The notes beneath the pieces are model-generated. The model searched no databases. It was not told the DNA's origin and saw nothing but the letters and a program-made list of their open reading frames with translations. Of a DNA stretch of 64,000 nucleotides, positions 9,447-18,626 are shown in pieces (position 1 is the first letter of the stretch; each line of letters starts with the position of its first letter). Origin of the DNA: Longimicrobiales bacterium (GTDB taxonomy: Bacteria > Gemmatimonadota > Gemmatimonadetes > Longimicrobiales > Gaopeijiaceae); the NCBI GenBank assembly GCA_965224125.1, contig OZ245038.1:2180374-2244373 (forward strand), given 5' to 3'. The translations under genes and the position numbers were made by a program.

Positions 9447-11351
9447 ATGCACCGCCTGCTCGAAAGACAAGTTCGCAAGAGCGTCGGAGACATCCCCTCT
9501 ACGCACCCAGAGCTGAAGACCCTCCTCGCCATGGTGGAACGTGCCTACCAACAGGCCGATCTCGACCGGGAGATGCTGCAGCGGGCTCTCGAACTCAGTT
9601 CCAGCGAGTTGTTCGAAGCCAATGAAACCCTTCGTGGCGCGGTGGGCCTGCTCGAGGCCACCCTGGATGGGATCGAGGACGGGGTCCTCGTGGTGGATAG
9701 CAACAACGAGATCGTGCGCTACAACCTCCGCTTTCTGGAGATCTGGAACCTCACGGAGGACCAGGTTCCATCCACGGCATTGGGAATGTCGAAGCAGGTC
9801 GCCGACTCTCTCAAGGATCCCACGCAAGTGTCGAGTATGGTGGACCTCCTGGTTCGCGACCAGAAACCGGTGACCCGCCTCTTGGAACTGGCGGACGACC
9901 GCTATCTGCAAGCGACCACCCGTCCCGTGGCCGGCTTCCCCAACGGTTCGCGCGTATGGTCGTTTCATGATCTGACCGAGGTCAAGAACGCCGAGAGCAC
10001 GATCCGTCACTTTGCCTACCACGACGTCCTCACCGGACTCCCCAACCGGGCCTTGCTCAGCGACCGACTGGGTGTGGCCACCGCCCTCGCCGATCGCCTC
10101 AGTCACAAGCTGGGTGTCTTCTTCATCGACATTGATCGGTTCAAGCTGATCAACGACTCGTTGGGACACTCGGCCGGAGATGCCCTACTGAAAGAAGTGG
10201 TGGCTCGACTGAGTCGGCTCGTGCGAGCCAACGACACCTTGGCGCGCTTTGGCGGTGACGAGTTCGTGTTGTTGGCCCAAAACATCGGCGGTCCGGGTAA
10301 CGCCGCCTTCGTTGCTCGCAGGATACTCGAGGCGTTTCGGACCCCGGTGCTGCTCGAGGAACGAGAACTGCACGTGACGGGGAGCGTGGGTGTGGCCATC
10401 TATCCGGACGACGGACGGGATCAGGAGACGCTGATTCGCAGAGCCGATATTGCTCTCTACACGGCCAAGAACATGGGTCGTGATACGTTCGAGCTCTACC
10501 AACCCCAGATGAACATCGAGGGGCGGGAGCGCCTGCTCTTGGAAAACAGCCTGCGAGCGGCCATCCGCGATCGAGAGATCGAGGTGGTGTTCCAACCCAT
10601 CCACTGTGCATCCAGTGGAGACCTCTGTGTGGCGGAAGCGCTCGCCCGCTGGACGTCGAACGGTGAGGTGATCACGCCAGACCGGTTCATTCCGGTGGCC
10701 GAGGACACCGGGTTGATCGACGAGCTGGGAGATGTCGTGCTGGAAAAGGCGCTGGCACACTGTGCGGCCTGGCGCAGGGATCACAAAGACTCGCTGGTGG
10801 TGGCGGTGAACGTGTCACCGCGGCAGCTGGCTCGTCCCGGGTTCGTGGAGCGTGTGGAGGGGCATCTGGCCAAGGCCGGCCTTCCTCCGGAAGCGCTCGA
10901 GATCGAGATCACCGAGTCTGCCCTTATGGAGGCGGGAGGCTTCGGCATGGATGTCGTCCAGGAGCTGGCCACCCTCGGTATCCGATTGGCGTTGGACGAC
11001 TTCGGCACCGGCTACTCGTCCCTTGGGCACCTGCGGGAGCTACCCATCTCGACTTTGAAGATCGACCGCTCTTTCGTGGCAGGCTGCCCCACGGATGAGG
11101 ATGATGCGTCACTGGTCTCCACGATCGTGGGGCTCGGCCACTCGCTGGGCCTGTCCGTGGTGGCCGAGGGCGCTGAAACAGACGCCCATGTTTCCGCGCT
11201 GGTTGCGGCGGGGTGCGACGGTGTCCAGGGCTACGCACTGGGACGACCGGAAGATCCCGAGGCCTTTTACGAACGCCTTCGCAGGGCCGTTGCAGGTGAA
11301 CGAGAAGCTCAACAGGACGGGGTGGCCGTCAGCGCTGGGACGTCTCAATAG
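9447..11351 (+). CDS. PAS-GGDEF-EAL protein (diguanylate cyclase/phosphodiesterase)
   Basis: GGDEF active-site region RFGGDEF. EAL domain motifs EALAR, DDFGTGYSSL, EGAET. N-terminal PAS-like segment. Confidence 0.85.
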   Translation: MHRLLERQVRKSVGDIPSTHPELKTLLAMVERAYQQADLDREMLQRALELSSSELFEANETLRGAVGLLEATLDGIEDGVLVVDSNNEIVRYNLRFLEIWNLTEDQVPSTALGMSKQVADSLKDPTQVSSMVDLLVRDQKPVTRLLELADDRYLQATTRPVAGFPNGSRVWSFHDLTEVKNAESTIRHFAYHDVLTGLPNRALLSDRLGVATALADRLSHKLGVFFIDIDRFKLINDSLGHSAGDALLKEVVARLSRLVRANDTLARFGGDEFVLLAQNIGGPGNAAFVARRILEAFRTPVLLEERELHVTGSVGVAIYPDDGRDQETLIRRADIALYTAKNMGRDTFELYQPQMNIEGRERLLLENSLRAAIRDREIEVVFQPIHCASSGDLCVAEALARWTSNGEVITPDRFIPVAEDTGLIDELGDVVLEKALAHCAAWRRDHKDSLVVAVNVSPRQLARPGFVERVEGHLAKAGLPPEALEIEITESALMEAGGFGMDVVQELATLGIRLALDDFGTGYSSLGHLRELPISTLKIDRSFVAGCPTDEDDASLVSTIVGLGHSLGLSVVAEGAETDAHVSALVAAGCDGVQGYALGRPEDPEAFYERLRRAVAGEREAQQDGVAVSAGTSQ

Positions 11352-13977
11352 AGGTCAGTAGTTCCTCCGTCGCAGTCCGCTGCCCGTCCAACTGCTGGTC
11401 GGCTGGCAGTGCCTCCAGCAGACCCACCAACTGCCTGTGCGCCTCCGCCTGGCGGCCGAGCGCCGCGAGTGCCGACGCCCGCGCACGCACGAAGGTGGAA
11501 CGCGCGACCCAATCCCCGGAGTTCCCGTCGACGAGTTCCTGGAGTCTCAGCCGGCTCATCTCCTCGGCCTCGGCATGTCTCCCACTCAGGCTGAGAGCCG
11601 CGACCGTCTCACCCATCGATTCCGATACGCGTGGGTCCAGTGGACCGTAGAGGCGTCGCCACATGGCGCTGGCCTCAGTAGTCCAACGGATGGACTCGTC
11701 ATAGCGCTCGGTAAGACCTCTGAGCATGGATCCGGCACTCTGCATGGTGCCCGCGAGCGCGGAATGGTCGTCAGGAACCACCGAGCGGTAGGCGCGGAGC
11801 GCCTCTTGAATCGCCTCGAGCGCGCCGTCGATGTCGCCTCTGTTCGCCAATGCCGTGGCCAAGCTCCGGTTGGCGTTGCCCACGAAGTAGTGGTCGGGGC
11901 CATAGATCCTCAGCCAGCCGTCCCTTACACCTTGGAGAGCGGTAACGGCCTCGTCCCACTCTCCCAACGACTGCTTGAGCACCCCGACGTTGTTCATGGC
12001 CTGTACGGTGTTGGGGTGGAGGTCTCCGTGTTGCCTTTGGGAGATCTCCAACGCCTCCCCGTAGAGCGTATCCGCGCCTGCTAAGTTCCCTCGGTTCCGC
12101 TCCATCACTCCGAGAATGCTCAGGTTCTGCATCAAATCGTCAGGCACGCTATCGATGGCTCGTTGAAGCGCCACGCCGAGCTCGACGAGGCGGACCGTGG
12201 AGTCCGTGATCTCGCCGGACAGCGTACGCCGCACCCATGCCAACCTTCCCAGTGCGATTGCCTCGACCCGCGGGGCGGCGGAGGCCCGCGCGATGGTGAT
12301 GGCTTCCTCGAAGACCGCCTCCGCGCCCTGTTCGTCCCCGAGGTCATTGAGTGTGCCTCCCAGCTCCGTGAGCAGCATGGCGGTCTTCTCGTCCGACCCC
12401 ACGACTGACTTACGGTCCCGGATCGCCTGTTCCAGAAGGTCACGGGAGCGCTCGTAATCCCCGAGGTTGAGGTAGATGGGACCGATCACGCCCAAGAGGT
12501 CGGACCGCAGCAAAGGGCGGTCGGCGAACTCTGAAGTGATCCGGTCGGCACCCCGTTCCAGCAGTTCACCGGTGCTGGTCTCGGTGCCGATGGTCACGTT
12601 GGGGTCCGCTGACTGAAAGAGGCTGGTCAGGAAGCCGATCACCTCCTCGGCACGGTCGCGCTCGTCCGCGATCTCGGCCGCCTGAGCCCGAATGCGCAGG
12701 TTCTGTGACCCGACCCATAGGCTCCCGACGGCCAGAGTCAGCAGAAGTCCGGCGCTCACCGCAGATGCGAACCGGTTGCGGCGAACGAACTTCCCCATGC
12801 GATAGCCAAGCGAGTCGGCTCGAGCACGAACGGGCAGCCCGGACAGGAACCGTTGCAGTTCGTCGCCGAGCGCACTCGCGGATATGTAGCGATCATGTGG
12901 ATCATGCCGAATCGCCCTGAGTACGATGTTGTCCAGGTCCCCACGGACGGCTCGACGCAATTCGTGGGGTCCGGTGCGGCGCTTTCCGCTGACGTCTTCG
13001 GGCGTGATGGTCTCGGTCTCGCCGTCGGGGAGTCGACGCACGCCGAAACCCGCGGCCGCGGCGCTCGGTGGGGGTGGTGGGTCTGCGTCGGTCAGCGGCG
13101 CTCGCGCGACCGCGTCCCTGCCGGTGAAGGGTCGGTGTCCACTCAGGACTTCATAGAGCAGGATGCCGAGCGAGTAGATGTCGCTCGCAGTGGTGACGGG
13201 GTCGCCCCGAAGCTGTTCGGGCGAGCCATACTCGGGGGTGGCAACCCTGAGTCCCGTCCGGGTTTCCCCGTGGGTGGCGTCCTCCGCGAGGAGCTTGGCG
13301 ATGCCAAAGTCGAGGAGCTTCGGCGAGCCGTCTGGCGTTACGAGAATGTTGGCCGGCTTCAGATCGCGGTGCACGACCAGGGCGTTGTGGGCGTGCTGCA
13401 CGGCGGAGCAGATCTGCCGACACAGCTCAACCCGCTCGCGCACGGTAAGGAGCTGCCGGTCCGCGTAGCGGTCGAGTCGTTCGCCCTCGACGTACTCCAT
13501 GACGAAGTAGGGCAGGCCTTCAGGGGTGGTGCCGCCGTCTAGGAAGCGCGCGATCCCCGGATGCCGTAACCGAGACAGGATGGAGCGCTCCAACGCGAAC
13601 CGGGGTGCGAAGTCCGGTGGCGCGGCGCCACGCATCACCTTGATGGCGACGTAGCGTCGAAAGTCGGGGCCTTCGTGTAACCCGAGGAGCACCTCACCCA
13701 TGCCCCCGGCACCTAGGGGGCGCACGATCCGGTACGGAGGAAAACGCTGAGCCGCATCATCGCGAGGTTCGGGCTCCAGCGCGGCTACCCTAGCGACCGG
13801 CGTTTCCAGGAAGCCGGGGCTGCCCTGGTCGGCGGCCAGCAGACCGTCCACCGCAGCGCGCAGACTACGATCTCCGGCGCACTCGTTGTCCAGGTAGCGG
13901 TCGCGCTCTTCGGCAGGGCGATCCAAGGCCCCGTTGAACAGCTCGTGAATCCGCGCCCACCGCTTCGAATCGGTCAT
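11329..13977 (-). CDS. Ser/Thr protein kinase with transmembrane segment and C-terminal TPR repeats
   Basis: Kinase subdomains GAGGMGEV, VAIK, HRDLKPANILV, DFGIAK, TPEYGSPEQ. Followed by a transmembrane helix and multiple TPR-like repeats. Directly downstream of the ECF sigma gene on the same strand. Confidence 0.85.
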   Translation of the reverse strand: MTDSKRWARIHELFNGALDRPAEERDRYLDNECAGDRSLRAAVDGLLAADQGSPGFLETPVARVAALEPEPRDDAAQRFPPYRIVRPLGAGGMGEVLLGLHEGPDFRRYVAIKVMRGAAPPDFAPRFALERSILSRLRHPGIARFLDGGTTPEGLPYFVMEYVEGERLDRYADRQLLTVRERVELCRQICSAVQHAHNALVVHRDLKPANILVTPDGSPKLLDFGIAKLLAEDATHGETRTGLRVATPEYGSPEQLRGDPVTTASDIYSLGILLYEVLSGHRPFTGRDAVARAPLTDADPPPPPSAAAAGFGVRRLPDGETETITPEDVSGKRRTGPHELRRAVRGDLDNIVLRAIRHDPHDRYISASALGDELQRFLSGLPVRARADSLGYRMGKFVRRNRFASAVSAGLLLTLAVGSLWVGSQNLRIRAQAAEIADERDRAEEVIGFLTSLFQSADPNVTIGTETSTGELLERGADRITSEFADRPLLRSDLLGVIGPIYLNLGDYERSRDLLEQAIRDRKSVVGSDEKTAMLLTELGGTLNDLGDEQGAEAVFEEAITIARASAAPRVEAIALGRLAWVRRTLSGEITDSTVRLVELGVALQRAIDSVPDDLMQNLSILGVMERNRGNLAGADTLYGEALEISQRQHGDLHPNTVQAMNNVGVLKQSLGEWDEAVTALQGVRDGWLRIYGPDHYFVGNANRSLATALANRGDIDGALEAIQEALRAYRSVVPDDHSALAGTMQSAGSMLRGLTERYDESIRWTTEASAMWRRLYGPLDPRVSESMGETVAALSLSGRHAEAEEMSRLRLQELVDGNSGDWVARSTFVRARASALAALGRQAEAHRQLVGLLEALPADQQLDGQRTATEELLTSIETSQR

Positions 13978-14020
13978 GCTCCCTCCTCCCCCTCAACGCA
14001 GGAGTCGAGTCTCCGGCCGG

Positions 14021-14629
14021 TCATGGGTGAGGCTGGCCGACCCAAGTGAACGCCACGTCGGGTCCCAGTTCCTGTCGGAGCCAAGCCCGCGCGGTGCGCC
14101 AGGCGCGGCGAACGGTCACCTCAGACACGCCGAGGATCTCTGCGACCTCGGCGTGCTCCAGGCCGCCGAAGAACCGGTACTCGACGACCCGCGCACCCCT
14201 TTCGTCGAACTGTGCCAAGCGCGTAAGCGCCAGGTCGAGCTCAATGAGGTCGGTCGACTGTTCCTCCGTGAGCAACGCCTCGGCAGTATCGAGCGGGACG
14301 TGGACCGCGCCGCCGCCGCGCTTCGCCGCAGTGCGGGCTTCCGCGTAGCTCAGCAGAATCCGTCGCATGGCCTGGGACGCGATGGCAAAGAAGTGACCTC
14401 GCCCCTGCCACTGCACCCTCTCCTGCCCCACGAGCCGGAAGTAGGCCTCGTGCACCAGCGAGGTCGCGTTCAGCGTGTGGCCGTCGCGCTCCCAGCGCAG
14501 CTTCGCCTGGGCCAGTCTTCGAAGCTCGTCGTAGACCTTAGGGAACAACTGGTCGAACGCGCCGCGGTTGCCGCCGCTCGCTTCTTCGAGCAGCCGGGTC
14601 ACGTCACGGGACTCCAGGGGTTCGGACAT
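14021..14629 (-). CDS. ECF-type RNA polymerase sigma factor (STK-associated ECF family)
   Basis: Sigma-70 region 2/4 features (HEAYFRL, LGVSEVTVRRAWRTARAWLRQEL). 43 bp upstream of the kinase gene, same strand. Confidence 0.8.
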   Translation of the reverse strand: MSEPLESRDVTRLLEEASGGNRGAFDQLFPKVYDELRRLAQAKLRWERDGHTLNATSLVHEAYFRLVGQERVQWQGRGHFFAIASQAMRRILLSYAEARTAAKRGGGAVHVPLDTAEALLTEEQSTDLIELDLALTRLAQFDERGARVVEYRFFGGLEHAEVAEILGVSEVTVRRAWRTARAWLRQELGPDVAFTWVGQPHP

Positions 14630-14794
14630 GCGGCTGGTTCTGGGGGTGTGGGGGAGGCCGTGGCCGTGGGCCCCAAACTCCGAGCCCCGCTCCTCGGGGG
14701 CAAGTCAGGGGATGATCGCCGGGCGTCGCGGATCCGGCGTTGAGAGCAACGGGCCCGAACGAGGCCTCGCCACCCACCCTCGGAGAAACGAATC

Positions 14795-15646
14795 ATGCGA
14801 ACCAAAGCAGCGAGGACGCACCGTCGTCCTTTGAATCGCCGTATCGCACTGCTGCTGATGACCGTTACCTGCCTTGGCACCGCCGCGTGTAAGGAGGCAA
14901 CCGGACCCTTCGGTATGCTCGTCGAAACCATCAGAGCCGAGTTCCTGGCGCAAGAGCGCAGCGTGCTCCCCAACTATACGTTCACCTCGCAGGTCGCGGC
15001 TCTCGATCAGGACGGCCACTTCGTGAGGGATGGCGCTTCCCAACTCAGGGCCTCTGTCGGACTCGGAAACTTCGGCATCATCGACACACGGATGGTGGAG
15101 CTGGGCGGCGTGCCCAACGCCGGCTTGGAGATCGACTACAGCGCTCCGCTACCGGGTTCTGGTATCCTCCGCATCGACGGAGGTGAGCAGCCCATCGAAC
15201 AGTCGATCCGTTTCCTTGCCGATCCAGCCGTGGAAGACTTTCCCAACCTCAAGTACACAATCGAGTTCGAATTCTCGAGCTGGACGTGTGGCGGGCTCGA
15301 CACGAGCGGATACGAAGTCGACGTCTCCGCTGAGGCGACCGGTCCCAACACCTTCGATTGGATCTTTCCTGACCACAATCGGATGGCCGCCCAGTGGCGT
15401 GTCCCTTACATGACCGCGGACAGCGGAATGCAGCCACTTGAAAACGGCGTCTCCGGGCAGGAGCGCTGGAACGCCACCCTGGAGTATGAGATGGGCAGCA
15501 CCCCGTACGAGAACGTACGCCTGACGGGGTCGGGCCAGTACCGGGTTGACCTGATCGACAACCAAGGTCAGAGCTGCGGCTGGGAGGGGCCCCTGAGCAT
15601 CGAGGGAATCCAACCCATCCCTGTCGGGTTCAGCGGGATGCGATGA
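14795..15646 (+). CDS. Hypothetical lipoprotein
   Basis: Signal peptide plus lipobox LGTAACK. No recognisable catalytic motifs. Confidence 0.4.
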   Translation: MRTKAARTHRRPLNRRIALLLMTVTCLGTAACKEATGPFGMLVETIRAEFLAQERSVLPNYTFTSQVAALDQDGHFVRDGASQLRASVGLGNFGIIDTRMVELGGVPNAGLEIDYSAPLPGSGILRIDGGEQPIEQSIRFLADPAVEDFPNLKYTIEFEFSSWTCGGLDTSGYEVDVSAEATGPNTFDWIFPDHNRMAAQWRVPYMTADSGMQPLENGVSGQERWNATLEYEMGSTPYENVRLTGSGQYRVDLIDNQGQSCGWEGPLSIEGIQPIPVGFSGMR

Positions 15647-15819
15647 TCGTGGGGAGGCGGCAGTCCCGTCGTCGGTCTGCCGCCCCCGCGGGGTCAAGCG
15701 AACTAAGAGCCGGTTCGCAGCTACGTCACCAGACCGCGCCGTCTACGCAGATCTCGCAGGCTTTCCAGACGCATTCGCAGGGTACGTTCGAAGAGTGCCA
15801 CCTCATCAGGGAGATCCGA

Positions 15820-16296
15820 ATGCGTGACATGTTCTTCGTAGGCCTGCTGGTGTTCGGGCTCGGCAACCCGAGTGCTCTCGCGGCCCAGCCGGACTCTGTT
15901 CCCGAGCCGCAGCTCGATCCCACCGCTACTCAGGTTCTTGGGGCTACCCTGGGTTCATCAGTGGGCTTCGTCAGTGGTCTGGTGGTGGGCTTCCCGCTGG
16001 CGTACCGGACCGATGACATCGCGCCCCTCCTGATCATCCCGGTATCCGCGACACTGCTCGCCGCTGGCGGCGCTGCGTTGGGGAGCGGGGGCCAAACGAG
16101 CTATGGTCGATCGGTCGCGGCCGCCACGGTCGGGGCGGCTGCCGGGTTGCTCACGTTGGCGCTGGTGGGACCTGACGTTCATAGTTTCGGCGCGGTCGTC
16201 GCCGCCTGGGCAATTCCACAGGGACTGCTTACCGGCCTACTCGCAAACGCAAGGTTCTCGCTGCCTCGAGCCATGCACTCCAGCGAGCGTCAATAG
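15820..16296 (+). CDS. Small hypothetical membrane protein (Gly/Ala-rich transmembrane segments)
   Basis: Internal ATG (MRDMFFVGLLVFGL...) of ORF 15643..16296. Signal peptide and 3-4 predicted transmembrane helices. Confidence 0.35.
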   Translation: MRDMFFVGLLVFGLGNPSALAAQPDSVPEPQLDPTATQVLGATLGSSVGFVSGLVVGFPLAYRTDDIAPLLIIPVSATLLAAGGAALGSGGQTSYGRSVAAATVGAAAGLLTLALVGPDVHSFGAVVAAWAIPQGLLTGLLANARFSLPRAMHSSERQ

Positions 16297-16333
16297 TGGA
16301 GGCTGATCCGGCTGGGGCCTCGGTGACGGGCTC

Positions 16334-17239
16334 TCAGGCCCCAGATAGGGTCATGGCTTGTTCGGACGCTTCCACCCTCGTGCACGGGTCCTCGTCTACG
16401 GACACGGTGCGATTGCGGCCGCAACGCTTGGCTCGGTACAGTCGTCGATCTGCGGCGGCGATCAGCGCTTCCGGATCCGTCCCATCACTGCCCAGCTCCG
16501 CGATACCGATGCTGACGGTGACCGGCACGACCGCACCGTCACTCTTGACGCCGAGGTTCGCCATCTTCTCGCGGATGCGCTCGGCCAAAACGGTGGCCCC
16601 GCCGATGTCGGCGTCGGGCACCAACACGCAGAACTCCTCACCCCCCGGGCGACCGAGGATCGCGTTCTCCCTGAGCAGTGAGTCGATGGCCTCGGTGGCC
16701 GTGGTGAGCACGCGATCGCCAACCACGTGGCCGAAGCGATCGTTGACGGCCTTGAAGTCGTCGAGATCCAGCATGAGCACCGAGAGCAGACCTTGCGAGC
16801 GCTCCGCCTCGCTCAGGAGTCGCTCGAACTCCCGATCGAGGCCGCGCCGATTGAACGCCCCCGTGAGCGGATCCAAGTTGGCTGCCTTCACCAGCGCACG
16901 TGTTTCGGACCGCAGCTTTGCCTCCACAGAGGCGTTGAGAATCTGATAGAAGCCCAAGCAGGAGAAGCCCCAAGTCAGCACCAGGGTGACGTACCAAACG
17001 GTGGGGCCCAGTCCGGGGCCTAGCAGCGCCACCAGCGGGTCGACGCCAAGGGAAGCCTCGGTCTGCATCAGCAGATGCCCGATGCCCATGAATACGAACC
17101 CGATGGTCAGGAGGCCAAGGCCCCTTCCCAAGAGCTGGGGGTCCAACGCTGGGGATGGCCCCCGACAGGCGCGGGATGCCCGAATCGCAAACACAACGGT
17201 GACAAGGAGAAACGGCACTTCCAGCAACTGGAAGACCAT
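16334..17239 (-). CDS. Membrane-anchored GGDEF diguanylate cyclase
   Basis: GGEEF active-site variant (RPGGEEFCVL), DDFKAVND, RLYRAKRCGRN. N-terminal transmembrane helices. Start taken at the internal Met (MVFQLLEVPFLL). Confidence 0.75.
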   Translation of the reverse strand: MVFQLLEVPFLLVTVVFAIRASRACRGPSPALDPQLLGRGLGLLTIGFVFMGIGHLLMQTEASLGVDPLVALLGPGLGPTVWYVTLVLTWGFSCLGFYQILNASVEAKLRSETRALVKAANLDPLTGAFNRRGLDREFERLLSEAERSQGLLSVLMLDLDDFKAVNDRFGHVVGDRVLTTATEAIDSLLRENAILGRPGGEEFCVLVPDADIGGATVLAERIREKMANLGVKSDGAVVPVTVSIGIAELGSDGTDPEALIAAADRRLYRAKRCGRNRTVSVDEDPCTRVEASEQAMTLSGA

Positions 17240-17451
17240 GCGGAAGCTATCGTACACTCTGGATGCCGGGTTGGGTGTTTGCGGGAAACTGGGAGGGGGA
17301 GCGCACCCGTTACGTGGGTAGAAGCAAGATCCACACCCGCACCTGCGTGGCGCCAGCACAGGAGGACGGCCACCATCCATCTGGCCCGCGCCCTCTGGGC
17401 GGACTGAAGCGCGCGTCTGGCGGCCCATCGCACCGGGGCCCATGATCCGGC

Positions 17452-18441
17452 ATGGCCACAATCTACGAGATCGACCCCGACCTCACGCTCGGCGCTGACG
17501 ACTTCGCGCGCGCCTCTGAGCGCGTCACGCCTCATGTGCACCACACGCCGCTGCTCACCTCCCGCACCCTCAGTGAAGCCACCGGCTTCGACATTCGGCT
17601 GAAGGCCGAGCTGTTCCAGAAGGGTGGCTCGTACAAAGTGCGCGGTCCTACCAACCTCATCGCACAGCTGTCTGATGAGGAGAAGGCGCGGGGGGTCATC
17701 TGTTCGTCCGCTGGCAACCACTCGCAGGGGGTCGCCATCGCAGCGCGTCAGCACGGGGTAAAGGCAGTGGTGTGCATGGCTGAAAACGCCACTCCCTCCA
17801 AGATCTCCGCGACCGAGGGGTACGGTGCGGAAGTGGTCCTGCATGGGACCATTTGGGACGACGCCAACGAGAAGGCGCTCGAGCTGATGGAGGAGCGGGG
17901 TCTCACCTACGTCCATCCATTCGACGACCCTCGCTTGATTGCCGGTCAGGGCACCGTAGGCCTGGAGATCATGGAGGACTTCCCCGACGCCGAGGTGATC
18001 GTGGTGCCCATCGGCGGAGGGGGACTCATCTCAGGTGTTGCCATGGCGGCCAAGAGCGTCAACCCGGACGTACGCATAATCGGTGTGGAGTCGTCGGGGG
18101 CACCCGCCATGCGCATGAGTGTCGAGGCGGGGCAGCGCGTCACGTTGGATAGGGTCGACTGCATCATCGATGGTCTGCGCGTGAAGCGCGTGGGCGAGAA
18201 CACGCACACCGTCTGCGCAAGGTTCGTCGAGGAGATCGTGACGCTCCCGGACGAGCAGATCTTCGACGCGCTCTTGTGGCTGATGGCCAGGACCAAGCTG
18301 GTGACCGAGGGAGCCGCGGCCGCACCCGTGGGTGCCCTCCTGCAGGGGCTCATCGACGCACCGCCAGGCACCAAGGTCGTCGCCGTCTTGAGCGGCGGGA
18401 ACCTCGATGTCGAGCAGCTCCGGGGGCGCCGCTGGAACTAG
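17452..18441 (+). CDS. Threonine/serine dehydratase (PLP-dependent, threonine ammonia-lyase family)
   Basis: PLP-lysine region FQKGGSYKVRG, SAGNHSQGVA, Gly-rich GGGGLISG loop. Confidence 0.8.
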   Translation: MATIYEIDPDLTLGADDFARASERVTPHVHHTPLLTSRTLSEATGFDIRLKAELFQKGGSYKVRGPTNLIAQLSDEEKARGVICSSAGNHSQGVAIAARQHGVKAVVCMAENATPSKISATEGYGAEVVLHGTIWDDANEKALELMEERGLTYVHPFDDPRLIAGQGTVGLEIMEDFPDAEVIVVPIGGGGLISGVAMAAKSVNPDVRIIGVESSGAPAMRMSVEAGQRVTLDRVDCIIDGLRVKRVGENTHTVCARFVEEIVTLPDEQIFDALLWLMARTKLVTEGAAAAPVGALLQGLIDAPPGTKVVAVLSGGNLDVEQLRGRRWN

Positions 18442-18477
18442 GGTGGCAGAGGCACGACTTGTGACGGGTCGGCCCCG

Positions 18478-18599
18478 ATTGACGTCAATGTCGCCCGCGG
18501 GGGGCCCTTCTAAGGTCGCGGGCTGCATTGACGTCAATTATTGACGTGAATGTCGCCCAGCCTCGTGAGTTGGAGGTCGTGGGCTGCATTGACGTCAAT
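18478..18599. repeat. Tandem duplication of a ~60-bp unit, each unit carrying two 12-bp palindromic boxes ATTGACGTCAAT. Four boxes in total, one of them a TG variant
   Basis: Boxes at ~18478, 18527, 18540 and 18588. Each is followed or preceded by a conserved GTCGCCC / GGTCGYGGGCTGC flank. Lies between the convergent 3' ends of the dehydratase and DUF5916 genes. Confidence 0.6.
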
Positions 18600-18626
18600 C
18601 GGCGTCCCAAAACGAGTGCGACCCCG

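Noticed and set aside
9021-10169. 382-aa minus-strand ORF across the FIST/GGDEF junction (likewise 10185..10784, 10150..10611)
   Set aside because: Antisense to two motif-rich genes. No domain signature.
12853-13542. 229-aa + ORF inside the kinase gene (and 11437..12084)
   Set aside because: Antisense to the Ser/Thr kinase-TPR gene. High-GC open frame without recognisable features.
18478-18599. Possible CRISPR array
   Set aside because: Only 2 units (4 short palindromes) with ~40-bp non-unique intervening sequence. No cas genes, and the repeats are palindromic boxes rather than CRISPR repeats.
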